From: an uncultured Verrucomicrobiota bacterium
Lineage (GTDB): Bacteria > Verrucomicrobiota > Verrucomicrobiia > Palsa-1439 > CAZOTB01
Assembly (NCBI GenBank): GCA_964582645.1
Contig: CAZOTB010000006.1
Location: 1,972-65,971, forward strand
Direction of reading: 5' to 3'
Length of the DNA stretch: 64,000 bases
The translations under genes were made by a program, and so were the position numbers. Shown one piece after another: positions 17,611-26,662 of this stretch. The notes beneath the pieces were generated by a model that searched no databases, was not told where the DNA came from, and saw only the letters and a program-made list of their open reading frames with translations. Each line of letters opens with the position of its first letter. Positions within the stretch are counted from its first letter, which is position 1.

Positions 17611-20085
17611 TCATTCAAACCTCCATTCGCCGAAATTGTTGGGTTCGGCGAAATGTGCTTCGACGCTGTTCCAACTCGTGTACTCGTTGGCAGGACGTTC
17701 TTCGCGGGTCAGGTTCCCGAACCACACTGCGCCCGCGGGCGCTTCTTTCAGGCCGAGCGTGGCAAACGGAATCCGAAGTTCCGCCGTCCACGACGCGCCG
17801 TTGGTCCGGACGGCGCACGTCCACTCCAGGTTGTAGGCGGCGTTGTGCTTGAGGCCGTCCCACTGCGCGCCGGTCGGGTTCGTGGCGAGATGCCACCACT
17901 GATTGCGGTCCGACGTGTGACTGAAAAACACCTCGGCCACATCGTCCGCGTGGTAGAACCGGTCCGCATCGCGCGGCCATGACTGGCCCACGATCTCATC
18001 CGGTTTGGGTTCGGCGCAGTCGAACGCGATGTAGAGGTTCTGGTCGTCGTACACCAACCGGGCGGTGGTTGCCTTCGTGCCCGGTACGCGCATGCCGCGC
18101 ACCCGAAACGCATCCGCCACCGCCGCCTTCTGCCAAGCCGCGTCCGAGAGAGCGCCATTGACGGTTGGCGCAGCGACTCCCGCCGGCAGGCGCGGGATGG
18201 TCAGCGTGCGCGTCTCCGGCGCCCAAACGGGCTGCGGGTGGCGCGCGATGACGAACGAGTCGGTGGCCGGGACGGGGGGCCCGGGCGGGAGGTTGAGCAG
18301 TCCCGCTTGTCGCAGGTTCTCGCGAAGCAGGGCCAGGTTGGCGCCAAACATTTCCAGCCGTTTGCGTTGCGGTTCGGTGGCGGCGCGGTTCAACGCCTGC
18401 TGGTAGAGCGTCTCCATCCGGCCGTAAAGCGGCAGGTAAACGTCGCGCACCATTTCATAGTTCACTTCGTAATTGCGTATTGCGGTTTCAGTGAGCTTGT
18501 ACCGGCGAATGGCGTCATCGAGCATCGTGAACAAGTCGCGCATGGAAGTCCAGCCGGGGCCGTAGGCGCGGCGCAACCATTCTTCATACGTGCGCCGCAC
18601 ATCGAGGTCGCCGTCCCACGCCAGCTTGGCGTAGAGGTAATTGATCGGCGCGCCGTAACCCCAGGCTTCCGCGCCGACCAGGTACAGGCCGGTGCCGCCA
18701 AGGCGGTGGATGGTGGGAATCTCCAGGCTCAACAGTTCGAGGCTCGGCGGCGTGGGCGTGCCCGAGGCCGAGCGCAACCACACCGTGTAGCTCTGGTAGC
18801 TGAAGTGCCGGGTCAACTGCGCCCACTCACGCGCCACGCGCACGAACTCCTGCCGGTACTGCGGCTTGTACAAGGCATAGCCGTAGTAGTCGATGTGGGC
18901 CCAGTTGAGCGCGACGTTGGGTTCGAGCGTGATCGGTCGTTGCGGCGGGTACTGGTAGTTGAAGTACACGAGGCCGCAGAGCAGTTTGTCGGGATGCCTG
19001 GCGGCGACGAGCCGCGCGACGTCGTTGTAGAACTTGAGGATCAGGTAACTAAACGAATCGTTGCCGTGCGGGTCTTTCTCGATCAAGGGCCGGCACCGGT
19101 CGCACCGGCAAAAACCGGGGCCGTCGGCGGGCGAGATCGAAAGGACCGGGTACTCGGGATGTCGTTCAATGCTGCGGATCACGCCGTCAGCGAACGCGCG
19201 CACCACGTCTTCCCGGCTGGTGCAGAATTTGTCTTTGTCGCCGCCGACCGCGAGCCATTCGGGATGTTGTTTCAACAAAGCGGAGGGGATGTGGTCATCC
19301 CACGCATGCGCCATCTGCAACAGCAGCGTGCCGCCGAGTTTCTGGCGGCGCACCCATTCGTCCACAGCCGGGTGACCCGGATTGTGGGCGCCGTGTCCGC
19401 TCTCGTGGATGTACGCGAGCCGGCGCATCTGGAAATCGGGCGCCTCGGTGAGATTGATCCGCGGCAACCGCCACGTCGCGCGCTGGGGGATGTCCTCGCC
19501 CCATTCGCCCGGCAACAGCCAACGCACGTCGAGATACCTTTCGAGGAACGTGTACGTGCCGAGCAGTGTCCCACGGCTGATCCGCAAGTCACTGGGGGCG
19601 TACCCCGGTTGGAAGATCTGCTTGGAATCCGGATCATCGCGCCCGGCGATGAACAGGTCCGCGCCGCGCGTCCGAATCACAAAGCCGTCATCCGGCAGCC
19701 CGGACAAGTCAATCTGCCCGGTGTCACCGAGGGCGATCATCGGCGAGGCGGGTCTGTGGACGATGGGCAGTTTCTCCCCGGTGGCGATTTCGATGACGCG
19801 CTGGAGTTCCTGCGCGGCGAGCGTCACGGAAGAGGGCGCGTTGGCGTCATGATAGATCCGGTACGACGACTGAGTGCCGGTGTGAACACAAGAGACAAGG
19901 AAGAACGCGACGAAGAGCAAGCTGAAGCTTGTACTCCAAACGCAAGCTGGGAATGGTCTCGTTCGGAGTACAAGCTTCAGCTTGCTTCGTTTGCCCGTTC
20001 TCAAATCAATCCCTCGGCCCGCGCCAGCCAATACGCCCACAACCAGTGGACCAGCGCGTCGCCGTCGAAGGCGCGGGTCATCCAT
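17611..20085 (-). CDS. DUF4838-like putative glycoside hydrolase with a C-terminal CBM9/DOMON-like domain
   Basis: About 800 aa with a lipoprotein-like signal (LLFVAFFLVSC). The true start is probably the TTG near 19920 inside hairpin copy 2, because the 20085 ATG overlaps the upstream gene by 85 bp. Confidence 0.7.
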   Translation of the reverse strand: MDDPRLRRRRAGPLVVGVLAGAGRGIDLRTGKRSKLKLVLRTRPFPACVWSTSFSLLFVAFFLVSCVHTGTQSSYRIYHDANAPSSVTLAAQELQRVIEIATGEKLPIVHRPASPMIALGDTGQIDLSGLPDDGFVIRTRGADLFIAGRDDPDSKQIFQPGYAPSDLRISRGTLLGTYTFLERYLDVRWLLPGEWGEDIPQRATWRLPRINLTEAPDFQMRRLAYIHESGHGAHNPGHPAVDEWVRRQKLGGTLLLQMAHAWDDHIPSALLKQHPEWLAVGGDKDKFCTSREDVVRAFADGVIRSIERHPEYPVLSISPADGPGFCRCDRCRPLIEKDPHGNDSFSYLILKFYNDVARLVAARHPDKLLCGLVYFNYQYPPQRPITLEPNVALNWAHIDYYGYALYKPQYRQEFVRVAREWAQLTRHFSYQSYTVWLRSASGTPTPPSLELLSLEIPTIHRLGGTGLYLVGAEAWGYGAPINYLYAKLAWDGDLDVRRTYEEWLRRAYGPGWTSMRDLFTMLDDAIRRYKLTETAIRNYEVNYEMVRDVYLPLYGRMETLYQQALNRAATEPQRKRLEMFGANLALLRENLRQAGLLNLPPGPPVPATDSFVIARHPQPVWAPETRTLTIPRLPAGVAAPTVNGALSDAAWQKAAVADAFRVRGMRVPGTKATTARLVYDDQNLYIAFDCAEPKPDEIVGQSWPRDADRFYHADDVAEVFFSHTSDRNQWWHLATNPTGAQWDGLKHNAAYNLEWTCAVRTNGASWTAELRIPFATLGLKEAPAGAVWFGNLTREERPANEYTSWNSVEAHFAEPNNFGEWRFE
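19917..19985. repeat. Hairpin repeat element, copy 2 (26/25-nt arms gcaagctgaagcttgtactccaaacg / gttcggagtacaagcttcagcttgc, 18-nt loop)
   Basis: Near-perfect inverted repeat whose arms encode the first residues of the downstream secreted protein. Confidence 0.9.
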
Positions 20086-21452
20086 TTCTGATCGGGCGGC
20101 AACTGGTCGCGGTAATCAATCTTCCAGCGCATCTGTGGCAGGTCCATCGCTTCGAGAATGTCCCGCCCGGTATCCGCAGCGCCAAGGTCGGCGTGATACC
20201 GGTGAATCTGGAACGCCGCGCGCGCGAACATCGTCGGCGAATGGCCCGACTTCACGTCGGCCACGAAGCCTTTGTGGCGCCAGACGGGATTGGGTTGGCC
20301 GCCGGCGTAGAACGGTTTCTCGACTGGTTGTATCGCGCCCGTGGCCGGGTCGTAATAGAAATGGCCGCGCTCCAGGCAATCGTCGCCGATGGCCCGGCGG
20401 CCGGTCTCGTAAGCGACGCGGAGTTGACGCAGCCACGTGTCGCGTTGCGGGGCGTCGTGCTCCAGCAGGGGGATCAGCGACGCCGCGGCGGAGGCGGTAT
20501 GTTCGGGTACGGCTGGCCAGAGGAAGGGTTCCATTTCAGGTTGTGCGCCGGTCTCCTGACCGCGCACTACGTCCGACCGAAGGTCTCCAGTCCGGCGCGG
20601 GAGACCTGCGGTCGATGCCCCGGCGCGGTCGGGAGACCGGCGCCGAACACCGGTGCGGATTCCGCCTAAAGGCGGGACACCGAACATCGGCACGAAGGGC
20701 GGACCGGCTTTCACTTCCGGCAGCGCGGCGAGGCGCTCGAATTCGGCGCGGAAACGCTGTTCGCCGGTATGTTTCCAGGCGAGCCAATTGAAGACCGGAA
20801 ACCGGTTGAGCGGCCATTGCCAGTCGTGGGTGCGTTCGCGATAGGGATGCCGGTACTGCCGCCGCAACCACATCCCGGCAATGCCGCCGATGATCTCGCG
20901 AATCTTCGCGCGCTCGGCGTCGGTGGCCAGCGGGGCGAACTGGTCGAGACCGACCATGGCGTAGAGGCACTGGTCGGTGGACATCTCCCGGCTCAACCGA
21001 CCGCAGTGAAATTTGCTGAAGAACCCCGGCTCGACCGCCTGGGAGAGGTCGTACAGTTTCGCCAACGCGCGGAAGGTGCGCCGCGCTTGATCGAGCGCCG
21101 ACGCTTCCGCAGTGACGCGGTATTTCCACACCAGCGCGGCGAGATACGCGCCCGTGCACATGCCGGTATTCTCGTAGGCCATGTACGCGCCAAACTCCGC
21201 TTCGGTCGCCGCGCCGGGATGGCGCAGGATGTCCATGTCGGGCGTGAAGAAACCGCGCGCGAACGGGCGCATCGCTTCGGCGTCGATCCACGACAACACC
21301 AAGCCGTGGGCATTCACGAGAGATTGCTCGACGGCGTCCTCGAATTGGGCGGCGCGCTCGTTCGTAGTTAGGCACGGAGCGTCAGCGGAGTGCCGTGCCG
21401 TTCGGGGCCGAGCCTCAGCCACGACGCCACTCCGCTTCGCTTCGTGGCTCAC
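20001..21452 (-). CDS. hypothetical protein (483 aa), possibly an alpha/alpha-toroid hydrolase/epimerase-like fold
   Basis: Long ORF 16 bp downstream of the prepilin gene. It contains an internal low-complexity, palindrome-rich segment at about 20560-20660. Confidence 0.65.
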   Translation of the reverse strand: MSHEAKRSGVVAEARPRTARHSADAPCLTTNERAAQFEDAVEQSLVNAHGLVLSWIDAEAMRPFARGFFTPDMDILRHPGAATEAEFGAYMAYENTGMCTGAYLAALVWKYRVTAEASALDQARRTFRALAKLYDLSQAVEPGFFSKFHCGRLSREMSTDQCLYAMVGLDQFAPLATDAERAKIREIIGGIAGMWLRRQYRHPYRERTHDWQWPLNRFPVFNWLAWKHTGEQRFRAEFERLAALPEVKAGPPFVPMFGVPPLGGIRTGVRRRSPDRAGASTAGLPRRTGDLRSDVVRGQETGAQPEMEPFLWPAVPEHTASAAASLIPLLEHDAPQRDTWLRQLRVAYETGRRAIGDDCLERGHFYYDPATGAIQPVEKPFYAGGQPNPVWRHKGFVADVKSGHSPTMFARAAFQIHRYHADLGAADTGRDILEAMDLPQMRWKIDYRDQLPPDQKWMTRAFDGDALVHWLWAYWLARAEGLI

Positions 21453-21467
21453 TACAAACGCCCTCGA

Positions 21468-22175
21468 TCACTGATTCCATCGGTCGGTGTTGTTGACGAC
21501 GTTCAGGACCGGTTGTTTCTCCGCGTGGCCGTCCACGAACGCGGCGATGGTCGTGCGGTTGTGGCGACCGAAGATGGAGTCTCGGGTGTAGCGCTCATCG
21601 TACATCGGGATGGCGTTCGGGTTGTGCCCCGGCATGTACCAGTAGGCGTAGCCGGGCGACTGGGCCATGGTCTGGTTCAGTAAATAGCCGCCGGCGTCCA
21701 ACAGCAAGTAGGTCTGGGCGGGGCGCGGGATACTGGCGAACTTGCTCGGCGGGACGGGCGTGCCTTGGAGCAGGTGGCCGCAGACGTTGTAATTCAAACC
21801 GTAGTTGCCGAAGCCGAGGTTGCGGGAGTTGCGGACGCCGCCCGGGCAATTGATCCAGGCAGGTTGCGGGTCCATGTCCATCGCGATCTGGCTGACGGGT
21901 TTGCCTTGGAGCATCCCCACCGCGTTCTGTTGCCAGAAATAGGCGATGTCCACTCCGTTGGCTTGCGGGCTGGCTGGCGGCGGGCACGTCCCAGCGTATT
22001 CGTCGGCGTACAGCATCAAGGCTTGGTGGATTTGGCGGACGTTGGACAGACACGTGGCACCCTTGGCTGTCTCGCGGGCGCTTCTCAAGGCCGGCAAGAG
22101 CAACGCCGCCAGAATTGCGATGATGGCGACGACGACCAGCAACTCAATTAAGGTGAATCCGGTTCGTCCTTTCAC
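21468..22175 (-). CDS. Prepilin-type N-terminal cleavage/methylation domain protein, DUF1559 (H-X9-DG)
   Basis: GTG start at 22175 gives (M)[30 protein letters not shown]-terminal [13 protein letters not shown]. The longer ATG-initiated ORF in the track has an implausible Arg/Cys-rich leader. Confidence 0.8.
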   Translation of the reverse strand: MKGRTGFTLIELLVVVAIIAILAALLLPALRSARETAKGATCLSNVRQIHQALMLYADEYAGTCPPPASPQANGVDIAYFWQQNAVGMLQGKPVSQIAMDMDPQPAWINCPGGVRNSRNLGFGNYGLNYNVCGHLLQGTPVPPSKFASIPRPAQTYLLLDAGGYLLNQTMAQSPGYAYWYMPGHNPNAIPMYDERYTRDSIFGRHNRTTIAAFVDGHAEKQPVLNVVNNTDRWNQ

Positions 22176-22254
22176 ACAATTGTCATCGCGGCGTTCTGCC
22201 GCCGCGCTCCGTCCTCTTGCCGCATCAACCGCACACGCCGCCAGCGCGGCGTGG

Positions 22255-23037
22255 CTACACCGCCTTCCGCCGTCGGCACCTCCACAACACCAACCCACCG
22301 GTGACCAGGAGCAATCCCGTGCTCGGTTCGGGCGCCTCGAAGCCGATGGCCCAGCGGATATAATCGTATTCAGCCGAACCAGAAGGCGCCCCCCAATCAC
22401 CGAACTCAAGCCAGCGATTGCCGCCTGCGGTTGAACTGGCAACCGACAACACGGGATTGAACATGTCATCCACAAACAGCTTGCTGGTGCCGCCGGCGGA
22501 GACCACCCGGTACGTGTGCCAATCCGTGCCCAGCGCCAGGTTGGAGACGACGGTACTTGTCCCGGTCAAGACGGCGGCGTTTTGTGAGGCGCGCGCTACG
22601 AAGCCCGCCGCGTCGCCGGCGGTGCGGAATTCCACGCCGAACGCGGCGTTGAACGGATGACCGGTCAGCATGCGCATGCGATACTCGACCGTCCACACGT
22701 TGGTGGCCGGCAACACGGTCGAGGGACCGTATAACCGAAAGCCCATACCATCGTTATTGACTCCGGTATCGATCGTCAACCCCTCGCTCGTGACTGTCAC
22801 CGAGCCGCCCGCGCCCTGCAGGTCTTCGGCAAAGAAGTTGCCGGCACCAAATCCGTTGGTGGGATACGTGCCGCCTTCGTAACCGTAGCTCCAGAGCACC
22901 CCATTGGCGGACAGGTTCGTCGAGAAACCGACCGCGCCAAGCTCGCTCGAACTCACCCCGATGGCCAGCGCCAGCGCGCCGGCCAGTTTCAGGATCTTAC
23001 CGACTTTGTTGTTGTGTCTAACTGATTTGCTTTTCAT
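22255..23037 (-). CDS. PEP-CTERM sorting-domain secreted protein
   Basis: Signal peptide present. C-terminal [25 protein letters not shown]. Confidence 0.85.
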   Translation of the reverse strand: MKSKSVRHNNKVGKILKLAGALALAIGVSSSELGAVGFSTNLSANGVLWSYGYEGGTYPTNGFGAGNFFAEDLQGAGGSVTVTSEGLTIDTGVNNDGMGFRLYGPSTVLPATNVWTVEYRMRMLTGHPFNAAFGVEFRTAGDAAGFVARASQNAAVLTGTSTVVSNLALGTDWHTYRVVSAGGTSKLFVDDMFNPVLSVASSTAGGNRWLEFGDWGAPSGSAEYDYIRWAIGFEAPEPSTGLLLVTGGLVLWRCRRRKAV

Positions 23038-23047
23038 GCTTTTCTCC

Positions 23048-25198
23048 CTAGTTTGTCCGTGATTGGTTCTGCGCCTTCAAAGTGCTGGTCACGGCGGCCG
23101 GATTGGCCTGCGCCGACTGGCGGACAACCACCGCCTGGTACAACCCAAGGCGCGGCAGCACCAGCCGCCGGCCCGCGAGCGGGAGCGGTTTCCCGTCCGG
23201 CTCTGATTGCGCTTGCGCCTCCAACTCTCCCAGCACCCCCCCCAGCTCGATTTCGATGTCGGCCAACTGCTCGCATTCGCCCGCCCCCGAAATGAAGTCG
23301 CCGGCATCGTACTGATGATTCAAGAAATGCAGCGTGATCGCGTCGCCCCGGCGGGTCGCCAGCACTTCGACGCATTCGTGACCGCGCAGGCGCACCGCTT
23401 GGCCGCCGAGCAGTTCGTTCAACAGGTTGATGGCCAGCCGGTGCGGCCAGGGATGCCGGGTCTGGTGTTCGTCGGCGCAGGTCAGTTGCAGCGCGCAGGC
23501 GATGACCCGGCCTTTGCCCACTTGATTGATCGTGATGCCCGGATGCCAATCGGCTTGCTCGCGCGTCGCCGGCCAGTTGGGCGGGTTTTGGATATCCGAC
23601 GTGCGCACCTTGTCCATGAACTGCGGCACCAGATGCGCCAGCGGCCGGGCCGTCGCGCAATGCAACACCTGGGCTTGGCCGCATTGGAAATACACCGGTT
23701 CATCGGCGAGCAATCCCGCGCTAATGGCGGGAGTCGCCGGCTGAAGATAAAATCCATACCCGCGCAACGTGCCGTGCGGCGCGCAGCCGACGAGCGATTC
23801 CAGCATGAACGGCCCGTCGGTGTTGCGGCGCGCCAGCGGGCCTTCGACCAACAACCGTCCGCCGTGTCGCACGTAAGCTTCGAGCGCGATGGCCAGTTCG
23901 TCGTCGATTTCGAGCGCGGCGGGCACGATCAGCGCCCGGGGCGCATGCGCCGCGTCGAGTGTGCGGACGATGGTGAAGAGGAAATGGCCGTTGCGCAGCC
24001 ATTCGACCCATTTCCAGATCGCGGTCGGGCGGTCAACGAGGCAGCACTGGCCGGCTTCAAGCAGGCCGATCTCGGCGACGGGCTGGCCGCCGGTGAGCAG
24101 GGGGCGGTTGGTCCGCACCCACGCGCCCCATTCGGCCAGCCGGTCCATGTTGCCGGCCGACAACCGGCCATCGGGGGCGTGATTGATGCCGAGAGTGTAC
24201 GTGCCGCCGCCGATCAAGGTGGCGAGCGATTCGAGCTGGATGAGCGTGAGCGGCTTGGCCACGTTGTGCGACCACTCCAGTTCGGCGCAACTCATCAATT
24301 CATACGGCCGCCCGTCCTGGGGCAACAACTTCGTCCACAGGCACCGGGCCGGCGGGTGGTGTGCCTCGCCGGTGTAGTAGTCGGAGAGCTCGTCCACCCG
24401 GTCGTTGAACGGGTGGCGCCGTTTGCCCGCACCGTTGAAGCTCAGCAGCAGCGGCCGCGGCAGCTTGAGCAGGTCGCGTTTCACTTCAATCAGGAAGCGC
24501 CGGTAGCTCTCCGCGCGGAACTCGTCGTGGCGCGTGGTACCGAATGCGTCGGTCAGATGCTCGCCGCCGAACCACTCCGAATAGGCCCGGTGACAGTGTT
24601 CGCAGAAACAGGTGTCCTGGCCCTCTTTCAGGTCACAAGCCGGCGGATGCGGCGGCAGATAGAGAATGTCGAGCCAGTAGCCCACGATCGGGTAACGCTC
24701 GGCCAGTTCACGCAGTTGGGCGCGCACGAAATCGCGGAACGGGCTGTTCACGCACAGCCAATGATAGTGGAAGAAGTACTTGTGGTCGGGCACGAGAACC
24801 CGGTCATGCACATCCCGAATGCGCCACTCGGGATGTTCGCTGCCCACGAGGCTGTTCAGCGAGAGCGAGTAGTAGGCGATGACGCGAATGTCGCGTTTGC
24901 GGCAGGCGGCCACCTGTTCGCCAAAGAAATCGCGCGTGGGCTGCGCCTTCGTGTGCGCCGACGGCCAAAGCTGGAAGCCGTCATGGTGCTGCGTGAGCAG
25001 CGTGACTGTCTCGAACCCGATCCTGGCCCACGTGGCCGCGTAGTGGTCGGGATCGAACTGACTCTTGTCCGCCGCCCATGCCGGCGAGATGAAATGGGGA
25101 ATGCCGCGGATGAGGTCCGTCTTGAGCCACGGAAACAGTCGCGCCACCTCTTCGGCGCTTCGCACCACATCGTCCGCCTGTGCTGGTATCAATGGCAT
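23048..25198 (-). CDS. GH29-like alpha-L-fucosidase domain protein with additional C-terminal domains (716 aa)
   Basis: HHDGFQLWPS motif typical of GH29 TIM-barrel fucosidases. Confidence 0.6.
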   Translation of the reverse strand: MPLIPAQADDVVRSAEEVARLFPWLKTDLIRGIPHFISPAWAADKSQFDPDHYAATWARIGFETVTLLTQHHDGFQLWPSAHTKAQPTRDFFGEQVAACRKRDIRVIAYYSLSLNSLVGSEHPEWRIRDVHDRVLVPDHKYFFHYHWLCVNSPFRDFVRAQLRELAERYPIVGYWLDILYLPPHPPACDLKEGQDTCFCEHCHRAYSEWFGGEHLTDAFGTTRHDEFRAESYRRFLIEVKRDLLKLPRPLLLSFNGAGKRRHPFNDRVDELSDYYTGEAHHPPARCLWTKLLPQDGRPYELMSCAELEWSHNVAKPLTLIQLESLATLIGGGTYTLGINHAPDGRLSAGNMDRLAEWGAWVRTNRPLLTGGQPVAEIGLLEAGQCCLVDRPTAIWKWVEWLRNGHFLFTIVRTLDAAHAPRALIVPAALEIDDELAIALEAYVRHGGRLLVEGPLARRNTDGPFMLESLVGCAPHGTLRGYGFYLQPATPAISAGLLADEPVYFQCGQAQVLHCATARPLAHLVPQFMDKVRTSDIQNPPNWPATREQADWHPGITINQVGKGRVIACALQLTCADEHQTRHPWPHRLAINLLNELLGGQAVRLRGHECVEVLATRRGDAITLHFLNHQYDAGDFISGAGECEQLADIEIELGGVLGELEAQAQSEPDGKPLPLAGRRLVLPRLGLYQAVVVRQSAQANPAAVTSTLKAQNQSRTN

Positions 25199-25282
25199 GA
25201 CAACGCCATCCTAGACATATCCCGTGGCCACTCAATGCAGAATCGGGCTGGGCCGATCAACGTGAATGAGTCACGGTATCCG

Positions 25283-26224
25283 CTACCCGAGGCGTGCCCT
25301 CTGTCGCAGGTAGGTTTGCAACAACTCCGCAAACGGCGTGGAAGTACGGGCGAGACAATATCCAATGCGGTTGGTGTGGCATGCGTTCTCGAGTTCGTGC
25401 ATGTACTCGCCCATCAACTGCCGGTAACGCTTGCGCACGTGACGCGGGTCGAGCTTGAGTTGCTCGAAGGTTTCCATGTCCTGAAAGATGGCTCGTCGGT
25501 CAAAGGTGAAATCAATCTCGGCATCGTCGAGCACGTGGAAGACGATGATGTCGTGCCGCAGATGCTGGAAATGTTTCAAGCCCTGGAGGATCTTCTGCGC
25601 ATCGTCGAGCAGGTCGCTGATGATGATGATCAACCCTCGGCGTTTGATGTTCGCGGCGAGCGCGTGCAGCACGGCGCCGGCATCGGTCTCGCCTCCCGGC
25701 TGGGCGTTGGCCAGCATCTCCAGGATCTTCTTCTTTTGGTTGGGCGTTGCCCGAGGGGGAAGGCTCCGGCGCAATTCCGTGTCGAACATGACCAAACCCG
25801 TGGCGTCCTGCTGCCGAAGAAGCAACTGCGTCAGACACGCCGCCAGGCACGAGCCGTAATGCAGCTTGGTGAGCGTGCCGCTGGTGAATCCCATCGAACC
25901 GCTGGTGTCGAGCAGGATGGTCGAGCGAAGATTGGTCTCAGCTTCGTACTGTTTGACGTAGTAGCGGTCGGTCTTGGCGAACACCTTCCAGTCAATGTGC
26001 CGAAGTTCGTCGCCCGGGGAGTACTCGCGGTGTTCGCTGAACTCGATGCTGAACCCGTGAAACGGGCTTTTGTGCATCCCGCTGATGAAACCCTCGACGA
26101 CGCGGCGCGCGAGCAGTTTGAGATCGCCGAGGCCGGTGACGATACGCGGGTCGGCAAGGTGCGGGGGGAGTTCGGAGGATGGCAGGCCTGTCGAGGATAG
26201 ACGATAGAGGATAGAGGATTGCAT
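25283..26224 (-). CDS. DUF58 family protein (vWA-like partner of MoxR)
   Basis: DUF58-like conserved core (FHGFSIEFSEHREYSPGDELRHIDWKVFAKTDRYYVKQYE) downstream of MoxR. The first 15 codons are encoded by the heptamer repeat. Confidence 0.85.
   Translation of the reverse strand: MQSSILYRLSSTGLPSSELPPHLADPRIVTGLGDLKLLARRVVEGFISGMHKSPFHGFSIEFSEHREYSPGDELRHIDWKVFAKTDRYYVKQYEAETNLRSTILLDTSGSMGFTSGTLTKLHYGSCLAACLTQLLLRQQDATGLVMFDTELRRSLPPRATPNQKKKILEMLANAQPGGETDAGAVLHALAANIKRRGLIIIISDLLDDAQKILQGLKHFQHLRHDIIVFHVLDDAEIDFTFDRRAIFQDMETFEQLKLDPRHVRKRYRQLMGEYMHELENACHTNRIGYCLARTSTPFAELLQTYLRQRARLG
26193..26218. repeat. GGATAGA-type heptamer tandem repeat (gaggatagacgatagaggatagagga), left partner of an inverted pair
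   Basis: Reverse complement of 26637..26662 with one mismatch. Confidence 0.85.
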
Positions 26225-26230
26225 TGCGGG

Positions 26231-26617
26231 CTAGCGAGAGGCGGTCCGACAAAAGTCGTCTGCACGCTCGATCATTCGATTCAGCATTGCGCCGACGTGT
26301 TGCCATCGGTCGTCCATTTCCCGGTGCTGCGCCAGGGTCAGGTAACCGCAGTCCACGGCGTGATCAAGCCAAGCCTGTGTTTCCATTGCTTCACCCAGAG
26401 CATCGTCAATCTTGCTGATAAAGGACGCCGGATACCGTCGGCGCGCCCAAGCTTCCGCGATCATCGCATTCACCGCGCGGGAGGAACGCCGTATCTGGTC
26501 GGTGAGTGAGTACTTCTCTTCGGGCGGAAATCCGTTTGTGATCAAGAATACCTTCTTTGCTTCTGCACGGGCGAGCTTGTAAACCTCCAAGTCCCGAAAA
26601 CTCCGAATAGCCGGCAT
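26231..26617 (-). CDS. Four-helix-bundle protein (23S rRNA intervening-sequence protein family, PF05635/TIGR02436-like)
   Basis: FRDLEVYKLARAEAKKVFLITNGFPPEEKYSLTDQIRRSSRAVNAMIAEAW matches the family signature. Strong RBS ggaaggag. Inserted between MoxR and DUF58. Confidence 0.85.
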   Translation of the reverse strand: MPAIRSFRDLEVYKLARAEAKKVFLITNGFPPEEKYSLTDQIRRSSRAVNAMIAEAWARRRYPASFISKIDDALGEAMETQAWLDHAVDCGYLTLAQHREMDDRWQHVGAMLNRMIERADDFCRTASR

Positions 26618-26636
26618 GAGTTGCTCCTTCCTGCGA

Positions 26637-26662
26637 TCCTCTATCCTCTATCCTCTATCCTC
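26637..26662. repeat. CCTCTAT heptamer tandem repeat (tcctctatcctctatcctctatcctc), right partner of the inverted pair
   Basis: Its reverse complement equals the 26193..26218 repeat with one mismatch. It lies in the 5' UTR of the four-helix-bundle gene. Confidence 0.85.

Noticed and set aside
18238-20091. 617-aa plus-strand ORF
   Set aside because: Antisense to the DUF4838-like gene. It has no start context and a low-complexity Arg/Gly/Val composition.
23207-26200. 997-aa plus-strand ORF
   Set aside because: It spans the antisense of three minus-strand genes (PEP-CTERM, GH29-like, DUF58). It is an open frame produced by high GC, not a gene.
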